24,000 nt of DNA from an uncultured Dehalococcoidia bacterium (GTDB lineage Bacteria > Chloroflexota > Dehalococcoidia > Lucifugimonadales > UBA3495), in contig CATOSK010000004.1 in the NCBI GenBank assembly GCA_951812535.1, positions 277,074 through 301,073 on the forward strand, given 5' to 3'. This document shows positions 14,998-22,905 of this stretch, piece after piece. Numbering within the stretch: the stretch's first letter is position 1; each line of letters opens with the position of its first letter. The notes under the pieces were generated by a model. That model worked only from the letters and a program-made list of their open reading frames with translations, searched no databases and was not told the DNA's origin. A program made the translations under genes and the position numbers.

Positions 14998-16131
14998 CTA
15001 GATGAAATTCATCTGCTCGAAGGAGCCGTTGACGATGGGCTGAGCATCCAGACCCATCCACTTCTCCAAGAGCGCAGAGTAGAGGCCGCGGAAGTCGTTG
15101 TTGAAGTGCAGGTCGCCCTCCAGCAACTGGTTCTCCTCCAGCGAGGGATACTCGCCGTAGAGACCGCCCTTAACCGAGTCGCCGACGACGAAGGCGATAC
15201 CACCGGAGCCGTGGTCGGTGCCGGAGCCGTTGTCGTGGACGCGGCGACCGAACTCGGTGAAGACCAGCAGGACGACATTGTCGGAGGCGTTGTGCTCCTT
15301 GAGGTCGTCGTAGAAGTCGGCGATGGCGTTGGAGGTCTCGTTCCACAACCGGGTGTGGTTCATGAGCTCGCCGGCGTGGGTGTCGAAGCTGTTGTAGGGG
15401 GCGGTGGTGTACAGGACCCGGGTGCCGAAGTTGGCGAGGTGCACCTGGGCGATGTTCTTCATGTACTGGCCCACCACGTCGCCGCCGTATTCCACACTGG
15501 AGGAATACATGGCGGGGGCGGTGCTGAGGATGTCAGCGCCTTCCAGGGCGTCAAGGCCGGTCTGGGCGAAGTAGTCCAGGACCGGACCCTGGCCGATCAT
15601 GGGAGAGTAGACGCGGGAGAAGACGTCGAGGGCCTTGGCCCGCTGCTCTTCGACCTCGATGCCGGTCAGCACGCCGTAGGTCTCCAAGTTGCCAACGGAG
15701 GCAACGGGGACACCAGGGGCAACCAGGGAGCGGGGAAGCCCGCGCCCGAAGTTGACGGCGGTGAGCACGTTTTCCTTGTTGGGGTCGATGTCCTTGACGG
15801 CGCGGCCCAGCCAGCCTTCATCGCCAACCTTTTCCGGCTCGCAGGTGTGCCAGATGTCCATGGAGCGGAAGTGGGAGCGGCTGGGAGTGGGGTATCCCAC
15901 GCCCTGGATGATGGCAACCTTGCCGTCATCGAAGAGACGCTTCACCGGGCCCATGGCGGGGTTGAAGCCGATGTTGTCGTTGATGGGCAGGACCTGGTCG
16001 ATGGGGATTCTGACGTTGGGCCGGTTGTCCAAGTAAAGGGGGTCACCGTAGGGAACGATGGTGTTCAGAGCATCGTTGCCCCCGGACAACTGGAGGACCA
16101 CCAGCACCGGGTCTTTCTTGGTGGAAGTCAT
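14998..16131 (-). CDS. DUF1501 family protein, copy B, no Tat/Sec signal
   Basis: 377 aa, the same length as copy A. It shares the N-terminus MTSTKKDPV and the motifs LQLSGGND, SRSHFRSMDIWHTCEP, SFDTHA and GSGTDHGSGG. RBS AGAAGGAGGAAAG. Confidence 0.9.
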   Translation of the reverse strand: MTSTKKDPVLVVLQLSGGNDALNTIVPYGDPLYLDNRPNVRIPIDQVLPINDNIGFNPAMGPVKRLFDDGKVAIIQGVGYPTPSRSHFRSMDIWHTCEPEKVGDEGWLGRAVKDIDPNKENVLTAVNFGRGLPRSLVAPGVPVASVGNLETYGVLTGIEVEEQRAKALDVFSRVYSPMIGQGPVLDYFAQTGLDALEGADILSTAPAMYSSSVEYGGDVVGQYMKNIAQVHLANFGTRVLYTTAPYNSFDTHAGELMNHTRLWNETSNAIADFYDDLKEHNASDNVVLLVFTEFGRRVHDNGSGTDHGSGGIAFVVGDSVKGGLYGEYPSLEENQLLEGDLHFNNDFRGLYSALLEKWMGLDAQPIVNGSFEQMNFI

Positions 16132-16219
16132 TTCTTTCCTCCTTCTAAGGGTCGCCGCCTCCGCAAGCTGTTTCCGAGGTAACTAGTCAAAGGCTTGCTT
16201 GGCGGCTTCGTTTATACGT

Positions 16220-17626
16220 CTACGCGAAGAGGTATTCGGTGGTGGCAACGATCGACTGGAGCATCTGGCTGACGCGCTGACCGAAGTCATCGGCGCCGGT
16301 GCGGAGTTCGCCTTCGCTACGGGCCAGTTCAACCAGCTCGTTTCGAGTGACCTCGGCCAACTCGTAGGCACCCAGCTGTTCCAGGCAGCCGTCAACGAGC
16401 TGCTCGGGAGAGAGGATGTCGCCCCGGGACGCCAGGCGGTTGATGATGGCCTGGACTCCCCGGTGGCTGGTGTCACCGACGGCATCAGCGGTGAAGTTGA
16501 TGCGCTCGACCAAGGTGCCGCTGTCGATCCACTCGCGGCCAGTGTGCCAGCCTTCGACCGTCGGCGGGTTGAGCAGGTCCTGGCCCATGTACCGGATGGT
16601 GAGGGCCATGGCGTTGAGGCCCGGCTTGGGGGTGTCGAAGTCTTCGACAAGCCTCATGGTGCCGACCACGGTCTCGGTCGGGCTCTTCACTTTGGTGAAG
16701 CGGGCATTCTTGAAGAAGTCGGAGGTGAACAGCACCCGCAGCATGGAGCGGATGTTGTAGTTGGTGCGGAAGTACTCGTCCTCGAGCATCTTGATGGCTT
16801 CGGGGTCCCGGGGCGGCGTGTTCTGCCAAGCCGGCACCTGGGGCTCGTCGGCCACGAAGAAGTTGTAGAGGTGGCGGGCGACGAACCGGGCCGTGCCGGG
16901 CTGCCGGGCGATGATGCGCACGACGTCCTCGCCGTTGAAGTTTCCCGACTCGCCCAGGAAGGTCTTTTCGCCGTAGTCGTGGTCCGAGGGGTCGTAGATG
17001 AAGGCGGCCTCGTACTTGCCATAGGGATAGCGGGGGACGGAGTTGGTCACGGTCCAGCCGGTGAAGGCGCGGGCGCACTCCTTGACGTCGTCCTCGGAGT
17101 AGTTGGCCTGTCCGTCCATGCCGACGCCCATCGAGAAGAGTTCGAGAAGCTCGCGTCCCCAGTTCTCGTTGATGGCGTCCTTGTGGCTCATGCAGTTGTC
17201 CAGATAGAACACCATGGCGGGGTCCTGGGAGAGGCCCATGAGCAGGTCCTCGAAGCTGCCCATTCCCATGGTGCGGAACATGTCAAACTCGATCTGCTGC
17301 TGCCTGGGGTACTCACACTTGGCGTGGCCGGTGCAGAAGATCTGGTGCCAGAAGAGGGCGATCTTCTCCTCCAACGGCCGCTTGGTGTTGATCATGCGGA
17401 AGGTCCACTCCTCCTGCTGACCCTCCAGACCGGCCTGGGAAACCCACTGCGGCTGATAGCGCATGAGGATGTCGCGCTCGATGTCGGGCTGACTCTCGGG
17501 ATTGACCAGTTCTTCCACAGTGGCCTCGTAGCCGTTGGCGGCACGGGCCTCAAGTTCCTCATACGTCGCGCCAAACCCGGCACGGCGCATCAGGTGGGCC
17601 ATTAATGCGATGTCCTTGTCTGCCAT
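16220..17626 (-). CDS. DUF1800 family protein, copy B
   Basis: 468 aa. Motifs HLMRRAGFGA and LFWHQIFCTG. RBS AAAGGAGGAAAGGAA lies directly upstream of the ATG. Confidence 0.9.
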   Translation of the reverse strand: MADKDIALMAHLMRRAGFGATYEELEARAANGYEATVEELVNPESQPDIERDILMRYQPQWVSQAGLEGQQEEWTFRMINTKRPLEEKIALFWHQIFCTGHAKCEYPRQQQIEFDMFRTMGMGSFEDLLMGLSQDPAMVFYLDNCMSHKDAINENWGRELLELFSMGVGMDGQANYSEDDVKECARAFTGWTVTNSVPRYPYGKYEAAFIYDPSDHDYGEKTFLGESGNFNGEDVVRIIARQPGTARFVARHLYNFFVADEPQVPAWQNTPPRDPEAIKMLEDEYFRTNYNIRSMLRVLFTSDFFKNARFTKVKSPTETVVGTMRLVEDFDTPKPGLNAMALTIRYMGQDLLNPPTVEGWHTGREWIDSGTLVERINFTADAVGDTSHRGVQAIINRLASRGDILSPEQLVDGCLEQLGAYELAEVTRNELVELARSEGELRTGADDFGQRVSQMLQSIVATTEYLFA

Positions 17627-17686
17627 TCCTTTCCTCCTTTAATGTGTCCCTGGGGCTGCTATAGTTTCCCCCTCCGGGGCCGCCTT

Positions 17687-17715
17687 GTTATAAGGGGCCG
17701 CCTGCTCGTCGCCAA
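17687..17715 (-). promoter_or_regulatory. Sigma70-like promoter for the copy-B operon
   Basis: On the minus strand: TTGGCG (17715-17710), a 17-nt spacer, then TATAAC (17692-17687). This is about 55 nt upstream of ATG 17626. Confidence 0.45.
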
Positions 17716-18021
17716 CTAAGGTAACTTGTCCAAGACTCCTTGCAGGCTCCGTTGGGGTCGCGTCCGGCTCGCTGGGGTCCCTTGCTGTTACGGTTTCCTA
17801 CCACGCCTCCCTTATGTTGAGTTGATAGCCGCCCTGGATTCGGGGATTCCGAGCCGATAACAAGGCGTTGGCCTCCTCACATAAAGGCGACGGCACCATC
17901 ATATTCCCGGCGATAATTGGCGTCAAGATTGCGGCAAGTTTCACTTGAAGAGGTTTGAGAACCGGTGAGGAAGCGGCTATTGGCCATTCCACGGGATTGT
18001 TAACCGAAGGGGCCGCCGGGT

Positions 18022-18050
18022 TTGCACGGCCAAAGCGGCCCGCATAAGAT
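18022..18050 (+). promoter_or_regulatory. Candidate promoter for the 595-aa orphan gene
   Basis: TTGCAC (18022-18027), a 17-nt spacer, then TAAGAT (18045-18050). ATG 18094 lies about 37 nt downstream of the predicted transcription start. Confidence 0.4.
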
Positions 18051-18093
18051 AGATGAAGGCAGGATCACCATTCTGGTTAAGGAAGTTGCGGCG

Positions 18094-19881
18094 ATGCAAG
18101 GCACCCCGGGCAACTGGTCGGGAAGCGACGATACCGTCGGTTTTAGCTTGATGTCGTTCCAGATGTCTCCCGAGTTTCGAGAGGCAGTGGTGAAACGGGC
18201 ATTGACATGCCGGGACCGGGTTTCAACTGAGGCTCGGGATGCCCTGAGGAGGGCCGTCAACAATTATGTAACCGTTGATGGGTTCAGGCCGGGGACGGCC
18301 GCGTCGGCTCCCCACTACAAGCTAAATCCAATGGTAACCCGCGACGTGCAGGGAAATGACCATTTGGCCGGGGCGGTGTTGAGGGTGTGGTACGAATCCC
18401 ACGATGAGTTGCGGGAAATTGCCGCTTCACACCTGGAGAGCTGCGGAGTGCCCATCATGGAGCCCGATTTTTCCAGGGGCGAGATGGGTGCGGGCCTGAA
18501 CGACCATCCGTTGATGGAAGCGGCAGCGTCATTCACAGGAGACCACCCGGAGACGGACGAGGACGCGGCGATTCTGGTGATGGAGCTGATGACGGGAACG
18601 TTCCTGCTGGACGCGGGCGAGGAGGGCGAACCGGGAGGCGGGCAATTGGCTTCGCTGCTGGAGGATGCTCTGGACGCGCTGAGGCAGCTGCCAGCGGGAG
18701 CGGCGGCGTGGGACGAGATAATCCCAGGCTTCTCCGATGGTGTCGCCGGGATCATCGAAGGCAAGAAGTCAGAGCGAAAGCTGGCTCGCTCCGTGGACAA
18801 CCTCTTCGCGGAGATCTGCGAGGAGTACGGGGGATTGGCAGAGTTCTTCCAGTGGAACGCGGAGCGGTGGTTCGTTGCCAACCTGTCGGCGGGGGTTGAC
18901 CTGGCGGAGGCCCATGGGCTGGCGGTGAAGCTCAAGGAACTGCTGTCGGAATACGGGCCCATCCACGAGCGGGCGGCGGTGGCTTGGGAGGAGATGGAGA
19001 GGGCGAAGAGGAGGATGGACCTGATGCCGGCCATCACTTCCGCCGGGAAGTCCCTGGACGATCTGATGGCGGCGGATGACGGTCCCGGGGGAGGGCCGTT
19101 CCGGCAGAGGACGGCGGTGGGAGAGGGGGACAGCCTCGTTCTGTCCGAGACGGGGGAACACAATGATTCCCCCAACGATCCCCTCAACCAGAACCACTCC
19201 GCAACAGGAACGGGAGCGGCCAGGGAGGAGGCGTTCCACGAAGTGCCGCCGTGCCAGATTGAGGACTACCTGCTGATGCGGCTGGAGATACAGGAACTGG
19301 ACAAGGAAAACGACGACCTGGAGCGGCAGGTCAAGACGTTAAAGGAGCAGTTGTATGAGACCCGCAGTGTGGGAGAGGGTTTGCGGCTGGCCCTGGCATA
19401 CAAGGAGGACGGCTCCGTCGAGGAGGTAGAGTTCCCCATCCTGGAGGATGTGAAGGCGGCGGTCGAACTGGCGACAGAGAGGTTCCGGGACCGCCTGCTG
19501 TTCCAGTGCAATTCCGAGTCCACCATCGAGGACAACCCGTTCAAGTGGCCGGAGCAGGTCTGGAAGGCGCTGGAATGGCTGGCGACGAGCTACTACGACT
19601 CGCGCATCGGAGTGGCGATGAATCCGGACCTGGACGTGTCCTGCCGGGAGGCCAGTGGCATGTGGTACAAGACGAGCCAGAACGACAACACCATGGCCCT
19701 ATACCGCAACGCCTATACGACGCGGGTGAATGGGCGCATCATCTGGCTGGGGGAGCACATCGGCAAGGGCACCGGGTTCGATCCCCGGCGGACGATACGG
19801 ATCGGGTTCGACTGGGACCGGACCTTGCAGAAGGTCATCATCGGGTACATCGGGCGGCACCAGACGACATCGGCGTCCTGA
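18094..19881 (+). CDS. Hypothetical protein, 595 aa, no family recognised
   Basis: Long ORF with the G3-rich codon usage typical of plus-strand genes here. ATG 18094 has AAGGAAG 8 nt upstream. The TTG at 18022 used by the ORF track coincides with the putative -35 box. Architecture: helical N-terminal half, acidic/Gly-rich linker, coiled-coil-like segment IEDYLLMRLEIQELDKENDDLERQVKTLKEQLYETRS, then a C-terminal domain of about 150 aa ending RTIRIGFDWDRTLQKVIIGYIGRHQ. Confidence 0.75.
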   Translation: MQGTPGNWSGSDDTVGFSLMSFQMSPEFREAVVKRALTCRDRVSTEARDALRRAVNNYVTVDGFRPGTAASAPHYKLNPMVTRDVQGNDHLAGAVLRVWYESHDELREIAASHLESCGVPIMEPDFSRGEMGAGLNDHPLMEAAASFTGDHPETDEDAAILVMELMTGTFLLDAGEEGEPGGGQLASLLEDALDALRQLPAGAAAWDEIIPGFSDGVAGIIEGKKSERKLARSVDNLFAEICEEYGGLAEFFQWNAERWFVANLSAGVDLAEAHGLAVKLKELLSEYGPIHERAAVAWEEMERAKRRMDLMPAITSAGKSLDDLMAADDGPGGGPFRQRTAVGEGDSLVLSETGEHNDSPNDPLNQNHSATGTGAAREEAFHEVPPCQIEDYLLMRLEIQELDKENDDLERQVKTLKEQLYETRSVGEGLRLALAYKEDGSVEEVEFPILEDVKAAVELATERFRDRLLFQCNSESTIEDNPFKWPEQVWKALEWLATSYYDSRIGVAMNPDLDVSCREASGMWYKTSQNDNTMALYRNAYTTRVNGRIIWLGEHIGKGTGFDPRRTIRIGFDWDRTLQKVIIGYIGRHQTTSAS

Positions 19882-19912
19882 GCGCGGCGGATGCCCCGCT
19901 GCCGGGAACCCT

Positions 19913-21454
19913 TCAGCTGGGAGTGGCGAGGTTGCCGACGGCCTTGACGCGGACGCGGGTGACGTTGCTGGGGAGGTAGGTGAGGGGGACTTCCTCGACG
20001 TCCACCACTTCAATGGTGGAGGGATCGGCTCCGGCGGCGGCAGCCCGGCCGACGGCGGCGGCGGAGCAGTCGGCGATGGCTTCAGCCCGATTGCCAGCTT
20101 CCAGTGAGTAAACTCGTTCCACCTGTCCGCCGACGTGGGCGATGGCGGCGCCGATGGCGTTGGCAACGCCGGCGTTTTCAGGGCGGAGCACCCGGGACGC
20201 TCCGGCGAGGGTGTCGCCCAGGAGGATGCTGCCGCCGCCAACCAACACGACGGGGGCGGCGTCCTGGCTGAGCTTGACGCTGTCGATGGCTGTCTCGACG
20301 CGCTCCTGGATTTCGGCCATGCCCCGCGCTACCAGGGAAGGGGTGAGTCCCGCGACGAGGCGGGGGTCTCCAAGTTCGGCGCGTCCGGCGGCCACGGCGA
20401 GGTCGGTGGCGGTGAGGGTCTGTCCGCCGAAGACGAGGGCTTCATGAGTGAGGCGGTAGCCGACGCTCTCCGGGCCGATACGCCAGGGGCCGGGCTGGAC
20501 AACCGTCCCACCGCCGAGGGCGATGGAGACCATGTCGGGGATGCGGAAGTTGGTGCGGACGCCGGCAAGGTTGACGGCAACAGCGGACTCGCGGGGAAAG
20601 CCTTTGACCAGCGCTCCGACATCGGTGGAGGTGCCGCCCACATCGACGACGATACCGTCGGTGATGCCGGACAGCCAGGCTGCGCCCCGCATGGAGTTGG
20701 TAGGGCCGGACGAGATGGTGAGGACCGGAAAGCGGGCGGCGAACTCCGCGTCCATGAGGGTGCCGTCGTTCTGACTCATGAACAGGGTAGCGTTGATTCC
20801 CAATTCAGTGAGGGCTTCTTCGATCCCTTGAACGGTCCGAAGGGCCACGTCTCCGAGACAGGCGTTGAGGACGGCGGCGTTCTCGCGCTCCAGGAGGCCC
20901 ATCCGGCCGTTTTCATGGGAAAGGCAGACGCGGAGGCCGGGGGACTCCTCTCTGATAAGAGCGGCGGCCTCGGTCTCATGCGATGGATCCACAGGGGAGA
21001 AGACGCCGGATACGGCGACGGCGCGGATGCCATCCTTCACTATGTCGCGGGCAGCCTGGCGGAGAGCGGCACGGTCGAGAGGCGATATCTCGCGGCCGTC
21101 GAACTCGTGGCCGCCTCCGACCATGCGGGTGACGCCCCCGATGGCGTCGCGGAGTTCGGCGGGCCAGTCGACAAGGGGCGGAAGAAGCTGGGTGGCGGGG
21201 AGGGAGAGGCGGATAACGGCGGTGGGTGAGAGGTGGCGGCGCTCCAAGAGGGCGTTGGTGAAGTGGGTGGTGCCGACCATGACGGCGGCGACCTGTCCGC
21301 GGGCGGGGTTCTGCTTGAGAAGCTCGGTTACGGTGTTGACGATGCCGGAAGTGACGTCGGCGGTGGTGGGCAACTTGGCGGCTCCAACGAGGCGTGAGCC
21401 GTCCATGAGGACGGCGTCGGTGTTGGTGCCGCCCACGTCAACTCCGATGAACAT
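19913..21454 (-). CDS. Hydantoinase/oxoprolinase (HyuA-type, ASKHA-fold) family protein
   Basis: 513 aa. The N-terminus MFIGVDVGGTNTDAVLMDG and the second phosphate motif IVVDVGGTSTDVG are typical of hydantoinase A family proteins. Confidence 0.85.
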   Translation of the reverse strand: MFIGVDVGGTNTDAVLMDGSRLVGAAKLPTTADVTSGIVNTVTELLKQNPARGQVAAVMVGTTHFTNALLERRHLSPTAVIRLSLPATQLLPPLVDWPAELRDAIGGVTRMVGGGHEFDGREISPLDRAALRQAARDIVKDGIRAVAVSGVFSPVDPSHETEAAALIREESPGLRVCLSHENGRMGLLERENAAVLNACLGDVALRTVQGIEEALTELGINATLFMSQNDGTLMDAEFAARFPVLTISSGPTNSMRGAAWLSGITDGIVVDVGGTSTDVGALVKGFPRESAVAVNLAGVRTNFRIPDMVSIALGGGTVVQPGPWRIGPESVGYRLTHEALVFGGQTLTATDLAVAAGRAELGDPRLVAGLTPSLVARGMAEIQERVETAIDSVKLSQDAAPVVLVGGGSILLGDTLAGASRVLRPENAGVANAIGAAIAHVGGQVERVYSLEAGNRAEAIADCSAAAVGRAAAAGADPSTIEVVDVEEVPLTYLPSNVTRVRVKAVGNLATPS

Positions 21455-21464
21455 GGGCAGCGCG

Positions 21465-22550
21465 TCAGACCTGCAAGGGACGGTAGTCGGTGTCGTAGCC
21501 GAAGTGGCGGGGGCCGGAAGCGGCCAATCCCTCGGGGGTGGTCCAGAGGGCGGGAGCGGGGAAGGCGAGGATGGTGACGCGGAGGCCGTAGCGCATGAGC
21601 TCGGTGGTGACGGGCTCGCCGGTGTCGGTGGACACGGCGCAGATGAGGTCGGGGACGGTGCAGACTATCTCGCCGTCGAGGCGGGCGATGAGGTTCTCGT
21701 TCTGGAAGTCGATGTCCATGCGGCTGCCGTTGAAGGCGTCGAGGCCGTCGATGGCGACTGCGCCCCGGGCGAATCCGGCGGTGGTGCGGCGGTCGAGGTC
21801 GACGACCTTGCCGGTGAAGAGGATGCGGCCGGGACAGGTGGACAGGATGGCCTCGAGGGGGTCTGTTCCGGTATCGCGGGCGTGCTGGACGGCATCGCCG
21901 AGGTCGCGGGCGAGGGAGAGGGTGTTGGGGACGGCGGTGCGGCGGACCTGCTCGGCGGTCATGGGGGCGACGGCGTAGCAGGCGACGCAGCCCATCTGGA
22001 TGGTGGCAGCGCGGGCGAGCCGTTCGGCCCATTCGGGGGTTACGGTCTCCCGGATGATGATGGAATTGCCCTTCTCGTCGGCGATGGCCATGGGGCAGCA
22101 GGGGACGCCGTAGACGAAGAAGGTCTTCATCTGGAACTCGGGGAAGGCGCGTCCCATGCCGTCGGCGTCGACGACGGGCAAACCGGCGATAGCCGCCGGG
22201 ATGAGGGGTTCGACGGAGTTGCTGCCGCCGATCTCGTTGGAGATGAGGGCGGTGGCCCTTTCGCCGGTGTAGTCCTCGATGGCGCGGAGGGCGTACAAGG
22301 ACTGGAGGTCGCGGACCTTCTCGATGCCGACGGTGGGGGCGCCGATGCCGCCGACGCAGATGACGCGGGCGTCGTCGGGGAGCTCCTCGGGGGAGAGGAC
22401 GGTGACGGGGCCATGCTTTTCGATGGCCTGGCGGGCGCGGAGCTGACCGATGTAGGGGTTGCCGCCGCCGCCGGTACCGAGGATGCCGGCTCCGGTGGCG
22501 ATGGACTCAAGGACGCCTGTTGTAGCTTGCCACAAACCTGTTGGTTCCAT
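21465..22550 (-). CDS. DUF917 family protein
   Basis: Hallmark GAGILGTGGGGNPYIG lies near the N-terminus. It ends 10 nt before the hydantoinase ATG, so the two are likely co-transcribed. I take the start at ATG 22550 because the GTG at 22580 sits practically on the predicted transcription start. Both starts remain possible. Confidence 0.8.
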   Translation of the reverse strand: MEPTGLWQATTGVLESIATGAGILGTGGGGNPYIGQLRARQAIEKHGPVTVLSPEELPDDARVICVGGIGAPTVGIEKVRDLQSLYALRAIEDYTGERATALISNEIGGSNSVEPLIPAAIAGLPVVDADGMGRAFPEFQMKTFFVYGVPCCPMAIADEKGNSIIIRETVTPEWAERLARAATIQMGCVACYAVAPMTAEQVRRTAVPNTLSLARDLGDAVQHARDTGTDPLEAILSTCPGRILFTGKVVDLDRRTTAGFARGAVAIDGLDAFNGSRMDIDFQNENLIARLDGEIVCTVPDLICAVSTDTGEPVTTELMRYGLRVTILAFPAPALWTTPEGLAASGPRHFGYDTDYRPLQV

Positions 22551-22585
22551 TCCTGCCGGAGAAGGGGTGGGACGGGACACGCGGC

Positions 22586-22614
22586 AGTTTATGGAAGGGA
22601 AGGTTGGGTGTCAA
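22586..22614 (-). promoter_or_regulatory. Sigma70-like promoter for the DUF917-hydantoinase operon
   Basis: On the minus strand: TTGACA (22614-22609), a 17-nt spacer, then TAAACT (22591-22586). Confidence 0.45.
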
Positions 22615-22708
22615 CGGGCGGTCCCGGACGGCGGGAGGAAGATTATCGGGCCCATTGTGGTCCAAACAAGATGCGGGTGCCTGCTATGAACGATAGTCCC
22701 GGGTTACG

Positions 22709-22728
22709 TTGGGGGATGCATCCCCCAA
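22709..22728. promoter_or_regulatory. Perfect 20-bp palindrome TTGGGGGATGCATCCCCCAA in a divergent intergenic region (candidate operator)
   Basis: The sequence equals its own reverse complement. It lies about 95 bp upstream of the DUF917 -35 box and about 126 bp upstream of the DUF2339 extended -10. A 7-bp-stem hairpin (ATCCCCG 22754-22760 / CGGGGAT 22767-22773) follows. Confidence 0.4.
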
Positions 22729-22853
22729 ACCCCCCGAATTTGGGAGAGTCTGGATCCCCGTCTATGCGGGGATGACGGGAAGGCCCGGGGACGAGCGGGG
22801 GGCAACTGATGGAAAGCCGAATGGATGGTCACAAGGGGCCGGGGCCGGGGCGG

Positions 22854-22862
22854 TGTTATATT
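22854..22862 (+). promoter_or_regulatory. Extended -10 element (TGtTATATT) for the DUF2339 gene
   Basis: TG at 22854-22855 is followed one base later by TATATT at 22857-22862. There is no good -35. ATG 22906 lies about 37 nt downstream of the predicted start. Confidence 0.35.
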
Positions 22863-22905
22863 CAGGGCGATTCAGAAGCGCCGGGCAGGGGCAGGGGAGA
22901 GAGGC

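Noticed and set aside
17798-17992. 64-aa minus-strand ORF in the long spacer. Also the 87-aa ORF at 18000-18263 (-).
   Set aside because: - The 64-aa ORF has a GTG start, no Shine-Dalgarno, and GC3 of about 59% by my count against much higher values in real genes.
- The second ORF is antisense to the start of the 595-aa gene.
- I keep these only as a caveat in the spacer finding.
18022-18093. TTG start at 18022 for the orphan protein (the 619-aa version).
   Set aside because: The TTG is itself the first bases of the best -35 candidate (TTGCAC). ATG 18094 has a well-spaced AAGGAAG RBS.
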